Positions 1 to 13,183 of a stretch of 64,000 bases of DNA are shown here, piece by piece. The position numbers and the translations under genes are program-made. The DNA comes from Pristiophorus japonicus (lineage: Eukaryota). The stretch spans positions 310,001-374,000 of the forward strand of contig NW_027253860.1 of NCBI RefSeq assembly GCF_044704955.1, given 5' to 3'. Every line of letters begins with the position of its first letter. Within the stretch, counting starts at the first letter, position 1. The notes below the pieces were generated by a model, which saw nothing but the letters and a program-made list of their open reading frames with translations, was not told where the DNA came from and did not search any database.

Positions 1-30
1 CCAGTGGCCTGGGAAAACATTCCAGCTGTT

Positions 31-277
31 ACATAAGAACATTAGAAATAGGAGCAGGAGTCGGCCATTCGGCCCCTCGAGCCTGCTCCGCCATTTAATG
101 TCATGGCTGATCTGATCATGGGCTCAGCTCCATTTCCCCGCCCGCTCCCCATAACCCTTTATATTCCTTTATCGCTCAAAAATCTGTCTATCTCCACCTT
201 AAATATATTCAATAACCCAGCCTCCACAGCTCTCTGGGGCAGAGAATTCCACAGATTTATAACCCTCTGAGAGAAGA
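31..277 (-). mobile_element. CR1 LINE 3' end fragment
   Basis: acataagaac tail plus ggagcaggagtcggccattcggcccctcgagcc 3' UTR, matching the other CR1 ends in the window. Confidence 0.8.
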
Positions 278-394
278 TCACCTTCTGTGTGAAGAAGCCG
301 ATCCCAATGTCTGTCCTAAGGTTACCCTCTTTTCCTGGTGTATCTGAAAGTGTTGTTCCGATGTTTATGCAGCTCCTCTAATGGCCTCAGGATG

Positions 395-1135
395 TTCCAA
401 ACTGCTTTACAGCCAATGAAGTAGTTTTGAAGTGTAGTCACTGTTGTAATGTAGGAAACATAGCAGCCAATTTACACACAGGAAGCTCCCACACACAATA
501 ATATGATAATGACCAGATAATCTTTTTAGTGATGTTGGTTGAGGGATAAATATTGGCCAGGATACCGTGGATAACTCTCCTGCTCTTCGAAATAGTGCCA
601 TGGGACTGTTTACATACAACGGCCTTATGGTGAGAGATTGTGTAGAATGGGCCGATACTCTCTGGAGTTTAGAAGAATGAGAAATGATCTCATTAAAACA
701 TAAAAGACTTTGAAGGGGATTAACAGGGCAGATGCTGAGAGGTTGTTTCCCGTGGCTGGAGAGTGTGGAAGTTGGGTCATTGAATATATTTAAGACAGAG
801 ATCGACAGTTTCTTCACCGATAAGGGAAGAAGGGGTTATGGGAAGCGGGCGGGGAAGTGGAGCCGAGTCCATGATCAGATCAGCCATGATCTTATTCAAT
901 GGCGGAGCAGGCTCGAGGGGCCGACTCCTGCTCCTATTTCTTATGTTCTTAAGAGGACAGACGGGGCCTCCGTTTAACATCTCATCCAAAAGACAGCACC
1001 TCTGACAGTGCAGCACTCCCACAGTACTGGGAGTGCCAGCCTCCATTATGTGCTCAAGTCTCTGGAGTGGGGCTTGAACCCACAACCTGCTGACACAGAG
1101 GCGAGAGAGCTGCCCATTGATCCACGGCTGACACT
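395..1135 (-). mobile_element. DeuSINE (SacSINE1/AmnSINE-like), split by a plus-strand CR1 3' fragment at about 630-950
   Basis: Reverse complement of the SINEs at 43690-44487 (tRNA-like head, gtgctgcactgtc...gaggccccgtctg core, cattggctgtaaag tail). The CR1 tail ttatgttctt ends near 950. Confidence 0.75.
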
Positions 1136-1641
1136 GGAAATGTGTCTGATTTGAGGTCGCTCTTTGGAAGCCGATGAGCTGAGCTATCCTTACACTCATT
1201 ATTTTAACTTTTATTTGCCATTTGATAAATGCATCGCTTTAAGCTTTTTATTGTAAATTTAAATAACCTTTCTCCCAGATGCTTTAAACCAGTCTCTGAT
1301 TGGCTCAAATCCTGCATCAATTTAATGTTTTATTTATTCCGGACACTAAACATCAGCCCATTGAAGTGACCAGATATCGCTATTTGGCAAAACTCAGGTC
1401 ATTTCTCTCTCCGTTAACACAAGACCTGGGCGATGTGGATATAGCAATTCATTACCGTAAAGCCAATTGAATCACAACCAGACTCGTGCTCCCAGATTCT
1501 AGTCAAGAAGCATGTTATTGCTCACTGGCACAGTTAGAGAACATTCAATTTTATTTATTCAATTTTAGTAACAGTGAATCACCCCTGATGGTTTGGTGGG
1601 AAAGTGCACTGTGTGGTACTGAAGCAAACAGACCAGGGAGA

Positions 1642-4600
1642 TCCCAGTGGTGTATGTGGGTCTCACTATCTATCCTGAGACAGGGTCCCAGTGGTGTGTG
1701 TGGGTCTCTCTATCCTGAGACAGGGTCCCAGTGGTGTATGTGGGTCTCACTATCTATCCTGAGACAGGGTCCCAGTGGTGTGTGTGGGTCTCACTATCTA
1801 TCCTGAGACAGGGTCCCAGTGGTGTGTGTGGGTCTCACTATCTATCCTGAGACAGGGTCCCAGTGGTGTGTATGGGTCTCTCTATCTATCCTGAGACAGG
1901 GTCCCAGTGGTGTGTGTGGGTCTCACTATCTATCCTGAAACAGGGTCCCAGTGGTGTGTGTGGGTCTCTCTATCTATCCTGAGACAGGGTCCCAGTGGTG
2001 TGTGTGGGTCTCACTATCTATCCTGAGACAGGGTCCCAGTGGTGTGTGTGGGTCTCACTATCTATCCTGAGACAGGGTCCCAGTGGTGTGTGTGGGTCTC
2101 TCTATCTATCCTGAGACAGGGTCCCAGTGGTATGTGTGGGTCTCACTATCTATCCTGAGACAGGGTCCCAGTGGTGTGTGTGGGTCTCACTATCTATCCT
2201 GAGACAGGGTCCCAGTGGTGTGTGTGGGTCTCTCTATCCTGAGACAGGGTCCCAGTGGTGTGTGTGGGTCTCACTATCTATCCTGAGATAGGGTCCCCCA
2301 GTGGTGTGTGTGGGTCTCTCTATCCTGAAACAGGGTCCCAGTGGTGTGTGTGGGTCTCTCTATCTATCCTGAGACAGGGTCCCAGTGGTGTGTGTGGGTC
2401 TCACTATCTATCCTGAGACAGGGTCCCAGTGCTGTATGTGTGTCTCACTATCTATCCTGAGACAGGGTCCCAGTGGTGTGTGTGGGTCTCACTATCTATC
2501 CTGAGACAGGGTCCCAGTGGTGTGTGTGGGTCCCACTATCTATCCTGAGACAGGGTCCCAGTGGTGTGTGTGGGTCTCTCTATCTATCCTGAGACAGGGT
2601 CCCAGTGGTGTGTGTGGGTCTCACTATCTATCCTGAGACAGGGTCCCAGTGGTTTGTGTGGGTCTCACTATCTATCCTGAGACAGGGTCCCAGTGGTGTG
2701 TGTGGGTCCCACTATCTATCCTGAGACAGGGTCCCCCAGTGGTGTGTGTGGGTCTCTCTATCCTGAAACAGGGTCCCAGTGGTGTGTGTGGGTCTCTCTC
2801 TCTATCCTGAGACAGGGTCCCAGTGGTGTGTGTGGGTCTCACTATCTATCCTGAGACAGGGTCCCCCAGTGGTGTGTGTGGGTCTCTCTATCCTGAAACA
2901 GGGTCCCAGTGGTGTGTGTGGGTCTCTCTATCTATCCTGAGACAGGGTCCCAGTGGTGTGTGTGGGTCTCACTATCTATCCTGAGACAGGGTCCCAGTGC
3001 TGTATGTGTGTCTCACTATCTATCCTGAGACAGGGTCCCAGTGGTGTGTGTGGGTCTCACTATCTATCCTGAGACAGGGTCCCAGTGGTGTGTGTGGGTC
3101 CCACTATCTATCCTGAGACAGGGTCCCAGTGGTGTGTGTGGGTCTCTCTATCTATCCTGAGACAGGGTCCCAGTGGTATGTGTGGGTCTCACTATCTATC
3201 CTGAGACAGGGTCCCAGTGGTTTGTGTGGGTCTCACTATCTATCCTGAGACAGGGTCCCAGTGGTGTGTGTGGGTCCCACTATCTATCCTGAGACAGGGT
3301 CCCAGTGGTGTGTGTGGGTCTCACTATCTATCCTGAGACAGGGTCCCAGTGGCGTGTGTGGGTCTCTCTATCTATCCTGAGACAGGGTCCCAGTGGTGTG
3401 TGTGGGTCTCTCTATCTATCCTGAGACAGAGTCCCAGTGGTGTGTGTGGGTCTCTCTATCCTGAGACAGGGTCCCAGTGGTGTATGTGGGTCTCACTATC
3501 TATCCTGAGACAGGGTCCCAGTGGTGTATGTGGGTCTCACTATCTATCCTGAGACAGGGTCCCAGTGGTGTGTGTGGGTCTCACTATCCTGAGACAGGGT
3601 CCCAGTGGTGTGTGTGGGTCTCACTATCTATCCTGAGACAGGGTCCCAGTGGTGTGTGTGGGTCCCACTATCTATCCTGAGACAGGGTCCCAGTGGTGTG
3701 TGTGGGTCTCACTATCTATCCTGAGACAGGGTCCCAGTGGTGTGTGTGGGTCTCACTATCTATCCTGAGACAGGGTCCCAGTGGTGTATGTGGGTCCCTC
3801 TATCTATCCTGAGACAGGGTCCCAGTGGTGTGTGTGGGTCCCACTATCTATCCTGAGACAGGGTCCCAGTGGTGTGTGTGGGTCTCACTATCTATCCTGA
3901 GACAGGGTCCCAGTGGTGTGTGTGCATCTCACTATCTATCCTGAGACAGGGTCCCAGTGGTGTATGTGGGTCTCACTATCTATCCTGAGACAGGGTCCCA
4001 GTGGTGTATGTGGGTCTCACTATCTATCCTGAGACAGGGTCCCAGTGGTGTGTGTGGGTCTCACTATCCTGAGACAGGGTCCCAGTGGTGTGTGTGGGTC
4101 TCACTATCTATCCTGAGACAGGGTCCCAGTGGTGTGTGTGGGTCCCACTATCTATCCTGAGACAGGGTCCCAGTGGTGTGTGTGGGTCTCACTATCTATC
4201 CTGAGACAGGGTCCCAGTGGTGTGTGTGGGTCTCACTATCTATCCTGAGACAGGGTCCCAGTGGTGTGTGTGGGTCTCACTATCTATCCTGAGACAGGGT
4301 CCCAGTGGTGTGTGTGGGTCTCACTATCTATCCTGAGACAGGGTCCCAGTGGTGTATGTGGGTCCCACTATCTATCCTGAGACAGGGTCCCAGTGGTGTG
4401 TGTGGGTCCCACTATCTATCCTGAGACAGGGTCCCAGTGGTGTGTGTGGGTCTCACTATCTATCCTGAGACAGGGTCCCAGTGGTGTGTGTGGGTCTCAC
4501 TATCTATCCTGAGACAGGGTCCCAGTGGTGTGTGTGGGTCTCACTATCTATCCTGAGACAGGGTCCCAGTGGTGTGTGTGGGTCCCACTATCTATCCTGA

Positions 4601-5487
4601 GACAGGGTCCCAGTGGTGTGTGTGGGTCTCACTATCTATCCTGAGACAGGGTCCCAGTGGTGTGTGTGGGTCTCACTATCTATCCTGAGACAGGGTCCCA
4701 GTGGTGTGTGTGGGTCTCACTATCTATCCTGAGACAGGGTCCCAGTGGTGTGTGTGGGTCTCACTATCTATCCTGAGACAGGGTCCCAGTGGTGTATGTG
4801 GGTCCCACTATCTATCCTGAGACAGGGTCCCAGTGGTGTGTGTGGGTCCCACTATCTATCCTGAGACAGGGTCCCAGTGGTGTGTGTGGGTCTCACTATC
4901 TATCCTGAGACAGGGTCCCAGTGGTGTGTGTGGGTCTCACTATCTATCCTGAGACAGGGTCCCAGTGGTGTATGTGGGTCTCACTATCTATCCTGAGACA
5001 GGGTCCCAGTGGTGTATGTGGGTCTCACTATCTATCCTGAGACAGGGTCCCAGTGGTGTGTGTGGGTCTCACTATCCTGAGACAGGGTCCCAGTGGTGTA
5101 TGTGGGTCCCACTATCTATCCTGAGACAGGGTCCCAGTGGTGTGTGTGGGTCTCACTATCTATCCTGAGACAGGGTCCCAGTGGTGTGTGTGGGTCTCAC
5201 TATCTATCCTGAGACAGGGTCCCAGTGGTGTGTGTGGGTCTCACTATCTATCCTGAGACAGGGTCCCAGTGGTGTGTGTGGGTCTCACTATCTATCCTGA
5301 GACAGGGTCCCAGTGGTGTGTGTGGGTCTCTCTATCTATCCTGAGACAGGGTCCCAGTGGTGTGTGTGGGTCTCACTATCTATCCTGAGACAGGGTCCCA
5401 GTGGTGTGTGTGGGTCTCACTATCTATCCTGAGATAGGGTCCCAGTGGTGTGTGTGGGTCTCTCTATCCTGAGACAGGGTCCCAGTG
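1642..5487. repeat. 44-bp minisatellite, roughly 88 copies
   Basis: Unit GAGACAGGGTCCCAGTGGTGTGTGTGGGTCTCACTATCTATCCT, with 40-bp variants lacking TATC. Confidence 0.97.
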
Positions 5488-5744
5488 GAAACGCATACAT
5501 TTACCTCAGTGTAGCTGAGTCAGGGAGCGGGTGAGGATTCCTGTTTCTAACCACAACCTATTTTCCCCTGACAGAAAGTGTGGGCAGTGAGTGAGGATAG
5601 AATGATGCCCCAAAGGCTCACGTGTGAAGAATGGTCACCTGGGGCGAGGGAGGGATGGGCCCCGGGACCTATGGGACTTCAGTCCGACAGGGCTCTGCAC
5701 CTTTGGTGAGGAAATTCGACAATAATTATTGAGCAGAAATACCA

Positions 5745-5960
5745 ATAAACCCCAGTGAACACCTCTCTACCACTCTTTCCTCCTTTAAGACGCTCCTTAA
5801 AACCTACCTCTTTAACCAAGCTTTTGGTCATCTGCCGCAATTTCTTCTAATGTGGCTCAGTGTCAAATTTATCTGTTTTGTCTTATCACGCGCTGGGAAG
5901 TGCCTGGGACGTTTTACTACGTTAAAGGTGCTATATAAATAAAAGCTGTTGTTGTTGTTG
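5745..5960 (+). mobile_element. L2 LINE 3' end
   Basis: ctttaagacgctccttaaaacc...ggtgctatataaat...(gtt)n; reverse complement of the L2 end at 33985. Confidence 0.75.
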
Positions 5961-6045
5961 AGGTCCTGTGGGATCGGAGGTACCGGCCACAAACACTGTC
6001 CTTCACCAAACCACTTGTAGGTGCTAAAGAATGTATTCCCAGTCA

Positions 6046-6162
6046 CTATGGGCGTTTGATGGCAGCATATTCGGTTGTCTCCTCACTGATTATTAATGTC
6101 GGGCCCACGGTTTTCTGTCGCAGGAACTGAGTATCGGCGTAATACAGCTCTCCTTCCTCCGA
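6046..6162 (-). CDS. Receptor gene terminal coding exon with ITIM-like and ITSM motifs
   Basis: Acceptor tatgtcactgtgtttcag|. Reads SEEGELYYADTQFLRQKTVGPTLIISEETTEYAAIKRP-TAG, the ExLxYAxxxF...TEYxxI layout of Siglec/SIRP-type inhibitory tails. Confidence 0.85.
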   Translation of the reverse strand, partial: SEEGELYYADTQFLRQKTVGPTLIISEETTEYAAIKRP

Positions 6163-6559
6163 CTGAAACACAGTGACATACATAAATACACAGATTACCA
6201 CACGGAAACAGGCCTCTCCCCCAACCCACGCACTTACTTAAAGCACAAACCCATCAACCCACATCAGAGGCAGAGCCGGGATCCCCTCTCATTTATACAT
6301 AAGCTGAGGTTCCGTCAGTGTCCTGCTAAAGGCACTGGCCCTCAGTAACGTTCCTGGGGCCTCTGGTACCTGGCCTCAGTGGCCTTTGCTCACGTCTGAC
6401 CCTCGACATTAACTCGAGGCGGGAGTAGTGAGAACTGGGGGCTGGGACGTACGGCAGACCATCAGGCCCTTCACACCGTGAGGCCCGGGAGACTCTAACT
6501 CTCAGGCCTGCTCTGCACAGGCCCCGTCGCTGTCCTGCCCAAACATGGCGGGAGGGTGA

Positions 6560-8918
6560 GCTGGCAGGCGGGAGGGGGGGAGGGGATTACTGGCGGGAGG
6601 GAGGGGAGGGGGGGGGGGGGATTACTGGCGGGAGGGGGATTACTGGCGGGAGGGGGATTACTGGCGGAGGGTGGGGGGGGGGGAAAGGGGGGGAGGGGGA
6701 TTACTGGCGGGAGGGAGGGAGGGAGGGGGATTATTGGCGGAGGGAGGGAGGGAGAAGGATTACTGGTGGAGGGATGGAGGAAGGGGGATTACTGGCGGAG
6801 GGAGGGAGGGGGGAGGGGGATTATTGGTGGAGGGAGGGAGGGGAATCACTGGCGGAGGGAGTGAGGGAGGGAGATTATTGGCGGAGGGAGGGAGGGAGGG
6901 AGATTACTGGCGGAAGGAGGGAGAGGGATTACTGGCGGAGGGAGGGGGAGGGGGATTACTGGTGGAGGGAGGTAGGCAGGGGGATTACTGGCGGAGGGAG
7001 GGGGAGGGGGATTATTGGTGGAGGGAGGGAGGGGAATCACTGGCGGAGGGAGGGAGGGAGGGAGATTACTGGCGGAGGGAGGGAGGGAGATTACTGGCGG
7101 AAGGAGGGAGAGGGATTACTGGCGGAGGGAGGGGGAGGGGGATTACTGGTGGAGGGAGGTAGGCAGGGGGATTACTGGCGGAGGGAGGGAGGGGGAGGGA
7201 GATTATTGGCGGAGGGAGGGGGAGGGGGATTACTGGCGGAGGGAGGGAGGGGGGAGGGGGATTACTGGCGGAGGGAGGGAGGGGGGAGCGGGATTACTGG
7301 CGGAGGGATGGAGGGAGGGTGATTACTGACAGGAGGGAGGGAGGGAGGGAGTGGGATTACTGGCGGAGGGAGGGAGGGAGTGAGATTACTGGCGGTGCAA
7401 GGGAGGGAGCGGGATTAGTGGCGGAGGGAGGGAGGGGGGGAGGGGGATTACTGGCAGAGGGAGGGAGGGGGAATACTGGCAGAGGGAGGGAGGGGGATTA
7501 CTGGCGGAGGGAGAGAGGGAGGGAGCGGGATTACTGGTGGAGGGAGGGAGGGGGATTATTGGTGGAGGGAAGGAGAGGGATTATTGGCAGAGGGAGGGAG
7601 GGGGGGGATTATTGGCGGAGAGAGGGAGGGAGGGAGGGAGATTACTGGCGGAGGGAGGGGGAGGGGGATTATTGGCGGAGGGAGGGGGAGGGTGATTACT
7701 GGCGGAGGGAGGGAGGGGGAGGGGGATTACTGGCGGAGGGATGGAGGGAGGGTGATTACTGGCAGGAGGGAGTGAGGGAGGGAGCGGGATTACTGGCGGA
7801 GGGAGGAAGAGGGGAGGGGGATAACTGGCGGAGGGAGAGAGGGGGAATACTGACAGAGGGAGGGGAGGGAGGGGGATTACTGGAAGAGGGAGGGAGGGAG
7901 GGAGCGGGATTACTGGCGGAGGGAGGGAGGGAGGGGGATTACTGGCAGAGGGAGGGAGGGAGGGAGGGGGATTACTGGCAGGAGGGAGGAAGGGAGTGGG
8001 ATTACTGGAAGAGGGAGGGAGGAGGGGAGGGGGATTGCTGCCGGAGCGGGGGAGGGGGATTACTGGCAGAGGGAGGGAGGGAGGGGGATTACTGGCGGAG
8101 GGAGGGAGATTACTGGCAGAGGGAGGGAGGGAGATTACTGGCGGAATGGGGGAGGGGGATTATTGGCGGTGCGGGGGGGAGGGAAATTACTGGCGGAGGG
8201 AGGGAGGGAGGGGGATTACTGGCGGAGGGAGGGAGATTACTGGCAGAGGGAGGGAGGGAGATTACTGGCGGAGGGATGGAGGGGAGGGGGATTACTGGCA
8301 GAGGGAGAGAGGGAGGGGGTTTACTGGCAGAGGGAGGGAGGGGGATTACTGCCGGAGGTAGGGGGGGAGGGGGATTACTGGCAGAGGGAGGGAGGGAGGG
8401 GGTTTATTGGCAGAGGGAGGGAGAATACTGGCAGGAGGAAGGGAGGGAGGGGGATTACTGGTGGAGAGAGGGAGGGAGGGGGTTTACGGAGGGAGGGAGG
8501 GAGGGGGTTTATGGAGGGAGGGAGGGAGGGGGTATACGGAGGGAGGGAGGGAGGGGGATTACTGGCGGAGGGAGGGAGGTAGGGAGATTACTGGCGGAGG
8601 GAGGGAGCGGGGAGGGAGATTACTGGTGGAGGGAGGGAGGGAGGGGGATTACTGGCGGAGGGAGGGAGGGAGGGGGATTACTGGCGGAGGGAGGGAGAGA
8701 GGGGGATTACTGGCAGAAGGAGGGGGAGGGGGATTACTGGCGGAGGGAGGGAGGGAGATTACTGGCGGAAGGAGGGGGATTATTGGCGGAGGGAGGGAGA
8801 GAGGGGGATTACTGGTGGAGGGAAGGAGGGAGGGAGGGGGATGACTCGCGGAGAGAGGGAGGGGGATTACTGGCGGAGGGACGAGGGGAGGGGGATTACT
8901 GGCGGAGAGAGGGTGGAG
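6560..8918. repeat. G-rich polypurine degenerate minisatellite (ggagggagggggattactggcgg)n
   Basis: Recurring GATTACTGGCGG core between GGGA runs. Confidence 0.95.
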
Positions 8919-9166
8919 GGACCTTCCTGTTCCTCCAGCCCCACAAGTCAAATTTATAGCAAGTCCCTTTCTCACTTTAAACCCTTGATTAAATCATCCC
9001 TCAACCTTCGAAACCCCAGACAATACAAGCCAAGTTCATGCAACATATCCTCATAATTGCACTGTGACAAAGCACTCAGACCGGTTCCTGCTCTTTTAAA
9101 GCTTCCTGTCCGAGGCCTCACTGCAACACGCACAGACTCTGGCTGCTGTCTGTCACTGGCACTGAG

Positions 9167-9655
9167 CCACACACACACACACACTCCCCCCACACACACA
9201 CACAAACACTCTCCACAAACACATACACATACACTCCCCACCCACCCACACACACACTCCCCACCCTCACACACACTCACCACCCTCACACACACTCACC
9301 ACCCACACACACACTCACCACCCACACACACACTCACCACCCACACACACACTCCCCACACACACACACTCCCCACCCACACACACACACACTCCCCACC
9401 CACACANNNNNNNNNNNNNNNNNNNNNNNNNNNNNNNNNNNNNNNNNNNNNNNNNNNNNNNNNNNNNNNNNNNNNNNNNNNNNNNNNNNNNNNNNNNNNN
9501 NNNNNNNNNNNNNNNNNNNNNNNNNNNNNNNNNNNNNNNNNNNNNNNNNNNNNNNNNNNNNNNNNNNNNNNNNNNNNNNACGCACACTCCCCCCCCCACA
9601 CATACACACACACACTCCCCCCACACACACACATTCCCCACACACACGCACACAC
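9167..9655. repeat. CA-rich simple repeat containing an assembly gap (N 9407-9579)
   Basis: Seen directly. Confidence 0.95.
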
Positions 9656-10660
9656 ATAAGAACATAAGAACATAAGAATTAGGAACAGGAGTAGGCCATC
9701 TAGCCCCTCGAGCCTGCTCCGCCATTCAACAAGATCATGGCTGAGCCAGATCGAGCCAGTTCTATCTCCATGCTAATACATTTCCTCTGACTCCGCGTAC
9801 CTTTATCTTCTGCAGTCACCTTTTGTGTGGCACCTTATCGAATGCCTTTTGGAAATCTAAATATACCACAACCATCGGTACACCTTTATCCACCATGCTC
9901 GTTATATCCTCAAAGAATTCCAGTAAATTAGTTAAACATGATTTCCCCTTCATGAATCCATGCTGTGTCTGCTTGATTGCACTATTCCTATCTAGATGTC
10001 CCGCTATTTCTTCCTTAATGATAGTTTCAAGCATTTTTCCCACTACAGATGTTAAACTAATCGGCCTATAGTTTCCTGCCTTTTGTCTGCCCCCTTTTTT
10101 AATAAGAGGCGTTACATTAGCTGTTTTCCAATCCGCTGGTACCTCCCCAGAGTCCAGAGAATTTTGGTAGATTATAACGAATGCATCTGCTATAACTTCC
10201 GACATCTCTTTTAATACCCTGGGATGCATTTCATCAGGACCAGGGGACTTGTCTACCTTGAGTCCCATTAGCCTGTCCAGCACTACCCCCCTAGTGTTAG
10301 TGATTGTCTCAAGGTCCTCCCTTCCCACATTCCCGTGACCAGCAATTTTTGGCATAGTTTTTGTGTCTTCCACTGTGAAGACCGAAACAAAATAATTGTT
10401 TAAGGTCTCAGCTATTTCCACATTTCCCATTATTAAATCCCCCTTTTCATCTTCTAAGGGACCAACATTTACTTTAGTCACTCTTTTCCGTTTTATATAT
10501 CGGTAAAAGCTTTTACTATCTGTTTTTATGTTTTGCGCAAGTTTACCTTCGTAATCTATCTTTCCTTTCTTTATTGCTTTCTTCGTTATTCTTTGCTGTC
10601 GTTTAATATTTTCCCAATCTTCTAGTTTCCCACTAACCTTGGCCACCTTATACGCATTGG
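9652..10660 (-). mobile_element. CR1 LINE, 5'-truncated and internally deleted
   Basis: ORF 9816-10703 contains KSPGPD, NYRPISLTS and YLDFQKAFDKV. The 3' UTR (9652-9742) follows after a large deletion. Same subfamily as 44640-47833. Confidence 0.9.
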
Positions 10661-11260
10661 TGGCCAAGGTTAGTGGGAAACTAGTAGATTGGAAAACACA
10701 CAAAGGGTTTCACAGAGACAATCCCTTTGAACAAAACCCAGCCTCGTGTCGGGTGCCCACACACACCGATAATCTGCGGCACCTGCTCCTGACCCTTCCA
10801 GCAGCTCACCGTCCCTCTGCCTGCACAATAAGGTGCGACTTAACAGGAGAGAGGAGGCCGGGACAGGAGGGCCCACAGACACAACCCCGAGAGCCTTTGG
10901 AGGGGAGCCGCTTGGAAATGATTGTGCCTGGGAGCAGAGGGATTGGGACAGGCTGAAGCCGGAGGCTTCGCCCTCACTCAGGGACAGGAGCACCTTACGT
11001 TATCCCTTCTCTCCCTGCTGACATCCTGACCCACCATCACCCAGGGTCCAGTCACACCCAGCGGGCTCAGAGTATTCCCACCGCAGTAATAGTCACAATG
11101 TCATTGGGACCCCGATTGCCATTTCGGGTGGGAGCGGGCAGGAGCCTGGGCTGTGCTCACACCGACCCGACCCGACCCACGGGCCATGGAACGACAGATT
11201 TAAATGAGGCCGGTGGCTCACAATCGCAGGGAGGAGGGGGAACTCGGCACCACTGGAACA

Positions 11261-11652
11261 GTCACCTGACCATCGCTCCCCCAGTCAGTCAGCTGACCAT
11301 CACTCCCCCAGTCAGTCACCTGACCATCGCTCCCCCAGTCAGTCACCTGACCATCACTCCCCCAGTCAGTCACCTGACCATCACTCCCCCAGTCGGTCAC
11401 CTGACCATCACTCCCCCAGTCAGTCAGCTGACCATCACTCCCCCAGTCAGTCACCTGACCATCGCTCCCCCAGTCAGTCACATGACCATCACTCCCCCAG
11501 TCAGTCACCTGACCATCACTCCCCCAGTCGGTCACCTGACCATCACTCCCCCAGTCAGTCACCTGACCATCACTCCCCCAGTCAGTCACCTGACCATCAC
11601 TCCCTCAGTCAGTCACCTGACCATCACTCCCTCAGTCGGTCATCTGACCACT
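11261..11652. repeat. 27-bp minisatellite, about 14 copies
   Basis: Unit GTCAGTCACCTGACCATCACTCCCCCA. Confidence 0.95.
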
Positions 11653-11739
11653 AGTCCCCGGCCCGGGAGTCAAACTAGACCCCAACCTGTGAAAGTCACG
11701 TGAGTTCAGGATCAGGCTGGGCCTATTATTAGGGAGGGT

Positions 11740-12900
11740 CGCTGAGCACTTGGACAATATGAGCTGGTCAGAGAGAGCCAGCATGGATTTGTAAAGCAGA
11801 ACTCATGTCTAACAAACTTAGTTGAATTTTTTGAGGTGGTAGCTAAGGTGCTCGATAAGGGAGAGTCTGTAGATGTTGTTTATATGGACCCAGGCATTGA
11901 AAAAGCTTCCACTTTCGAACGGCTGGAGCTGGTCAGTGACATTATCAGAGTCGCCTAGTGACCCAGATGACAGGCTTTGCTACAGCAGGAAATTCAATAT
12001 TAGTTTTTATAAATGACAACGAATTCAATGCTTGTTCAGAGTCACACGATCACACTGATGAATTTCTGTTTCCGTGAACAAGGTATGGCAATTCGACCTT
12101 ATGGCTTTAAAGGGATGCACCACGTGTTACTCAGCTCCACCCGAGCTCCACCTGAGATAGATCAGAATATCTTTAAATGGCGAGAAGCTAGGAACTGTGG
12201 AGGAGCGAGAGATTTAAGGGTCCATGCACAGAAATCATAAAACCCAGGGGACTGGTACAAACAATAATTACAAAGGCTGATGGAATGTTGGCCTTTATCT
12301 CAGGGGAGCTGGAATACAAAGGGCGGAAGTTATTCTACACTTGGATAAAACTCTGGTTACAACACATCAGGGGCACTGCGTTCAGTTCTAGGCACCGCAG
12401 CCCAGGAAGGATATTGGCCTCGGAGGGGGTGCAGTGGAGATTCACCAGAATGATTCGGGGACTAAAAGGGTTAGATTATGAGGACAGGTTGCACTGACCA
12501 GGCTTGTATACCCGAGTATAGAAGATTAAGGGGTGATGGAATTCAGGTGTTTAAGATGATCCGAGGAATTGATAGGGAAGGTACTGTGGGAAACTATTTC
12601 CTCTGGATGGTGGAGTCCGGACATGACCTTAACATTAGAGCTCGGCCGTTCAGGGTGAAATCAGGAAACACTTCTTCACACAGAGGGCAGTGGGAATCTG
12701 GAACTTACCCAAAAAAGCTGAGGCTGGGGGGGTCAATTAAACATTTCAAAACTGAGATTGATAGATTTTCGTTGGGCAAGGGTATTAAGGGTTACGGAAC
12801 CAAGGCGGGTAGCTGGAGTTGAGATACAGATCAGCCCTGGTCTAATTGAATGGCGGAACAGTTCGAGGGGCTGAATGGCCTGCTCCTGTTCCTATGTTCC
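11740..12900 (+). mobile_element. Degenerate CR1 fragments (about 11740-11910 and 12170-12900)
   Basis: SQHGF..CLTNLVEFF-like codons, LEGVQ/RFTRMI-like C-terminal region and CR1 3' UTR ending ttcctatgttcc. Confidence 0.75.
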
Positions 12901-13139
12901 CTCACTCACTGCCATGGTTACTGGTACTGTCCAAGCTACACATGATAAACAGTTGCTTGGTGTGATATCGGGAGGGGCTGTTGCCATTTGTAAACTGTTT
13001 CCCAGCAAGAGTCAGCTCCTTCAGAAGAACATTGGTCATAAGTAAAAGAAACACACTATAACGTCCAGGGCTGGAGAGGAAGTGATGAGGTGTATTTAAC
13101 AGCAGGATATCGGTATAAAAGCTGTTGCTCAGTACTCAC

Positions 13140-13183
13140 CACAGTCGAGGTTGCGGCTGCCTGTTTATTAGTCTGGGTTGCAG
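13140..13183 (-). CDS. Receptor gene cytoplasmic exon 2 (phase 1-0, 44 bp)
   Basis: Acceptor gttcttatatttcag| and donor |gtgagt. Reads (A)ATQTNKQAAATSTV and supplies the phase 1-to-0 bridge needed to reach the last exon. Confidence 0.7.

Noticed and set aside
1642-5487. CRISPR-like or coding interpretation of the 44-bp array and its short ORFs
   Set aside because: Units are head-to-tail with no unique spacers, the context is vertebrate, and the ORFs are repeat artefacts.
6556-8975. Long Gly/Glu/Arg-rich ORFs (up to 546 aa); Ig switch-region analogy
   Set aside because: Several frames are open only because of low complexity. The G-rich strand is the template strand of the gene, opposite to switch regions, and AGCT motifs are not enriched.
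11098-11703. 201-aa mucin-like ORF (HLTITPPVS)n
   Set aside because: A 27-bp minisatellite that happens to be a multiple of 3, on the strand opposite the gene, with no splice support.
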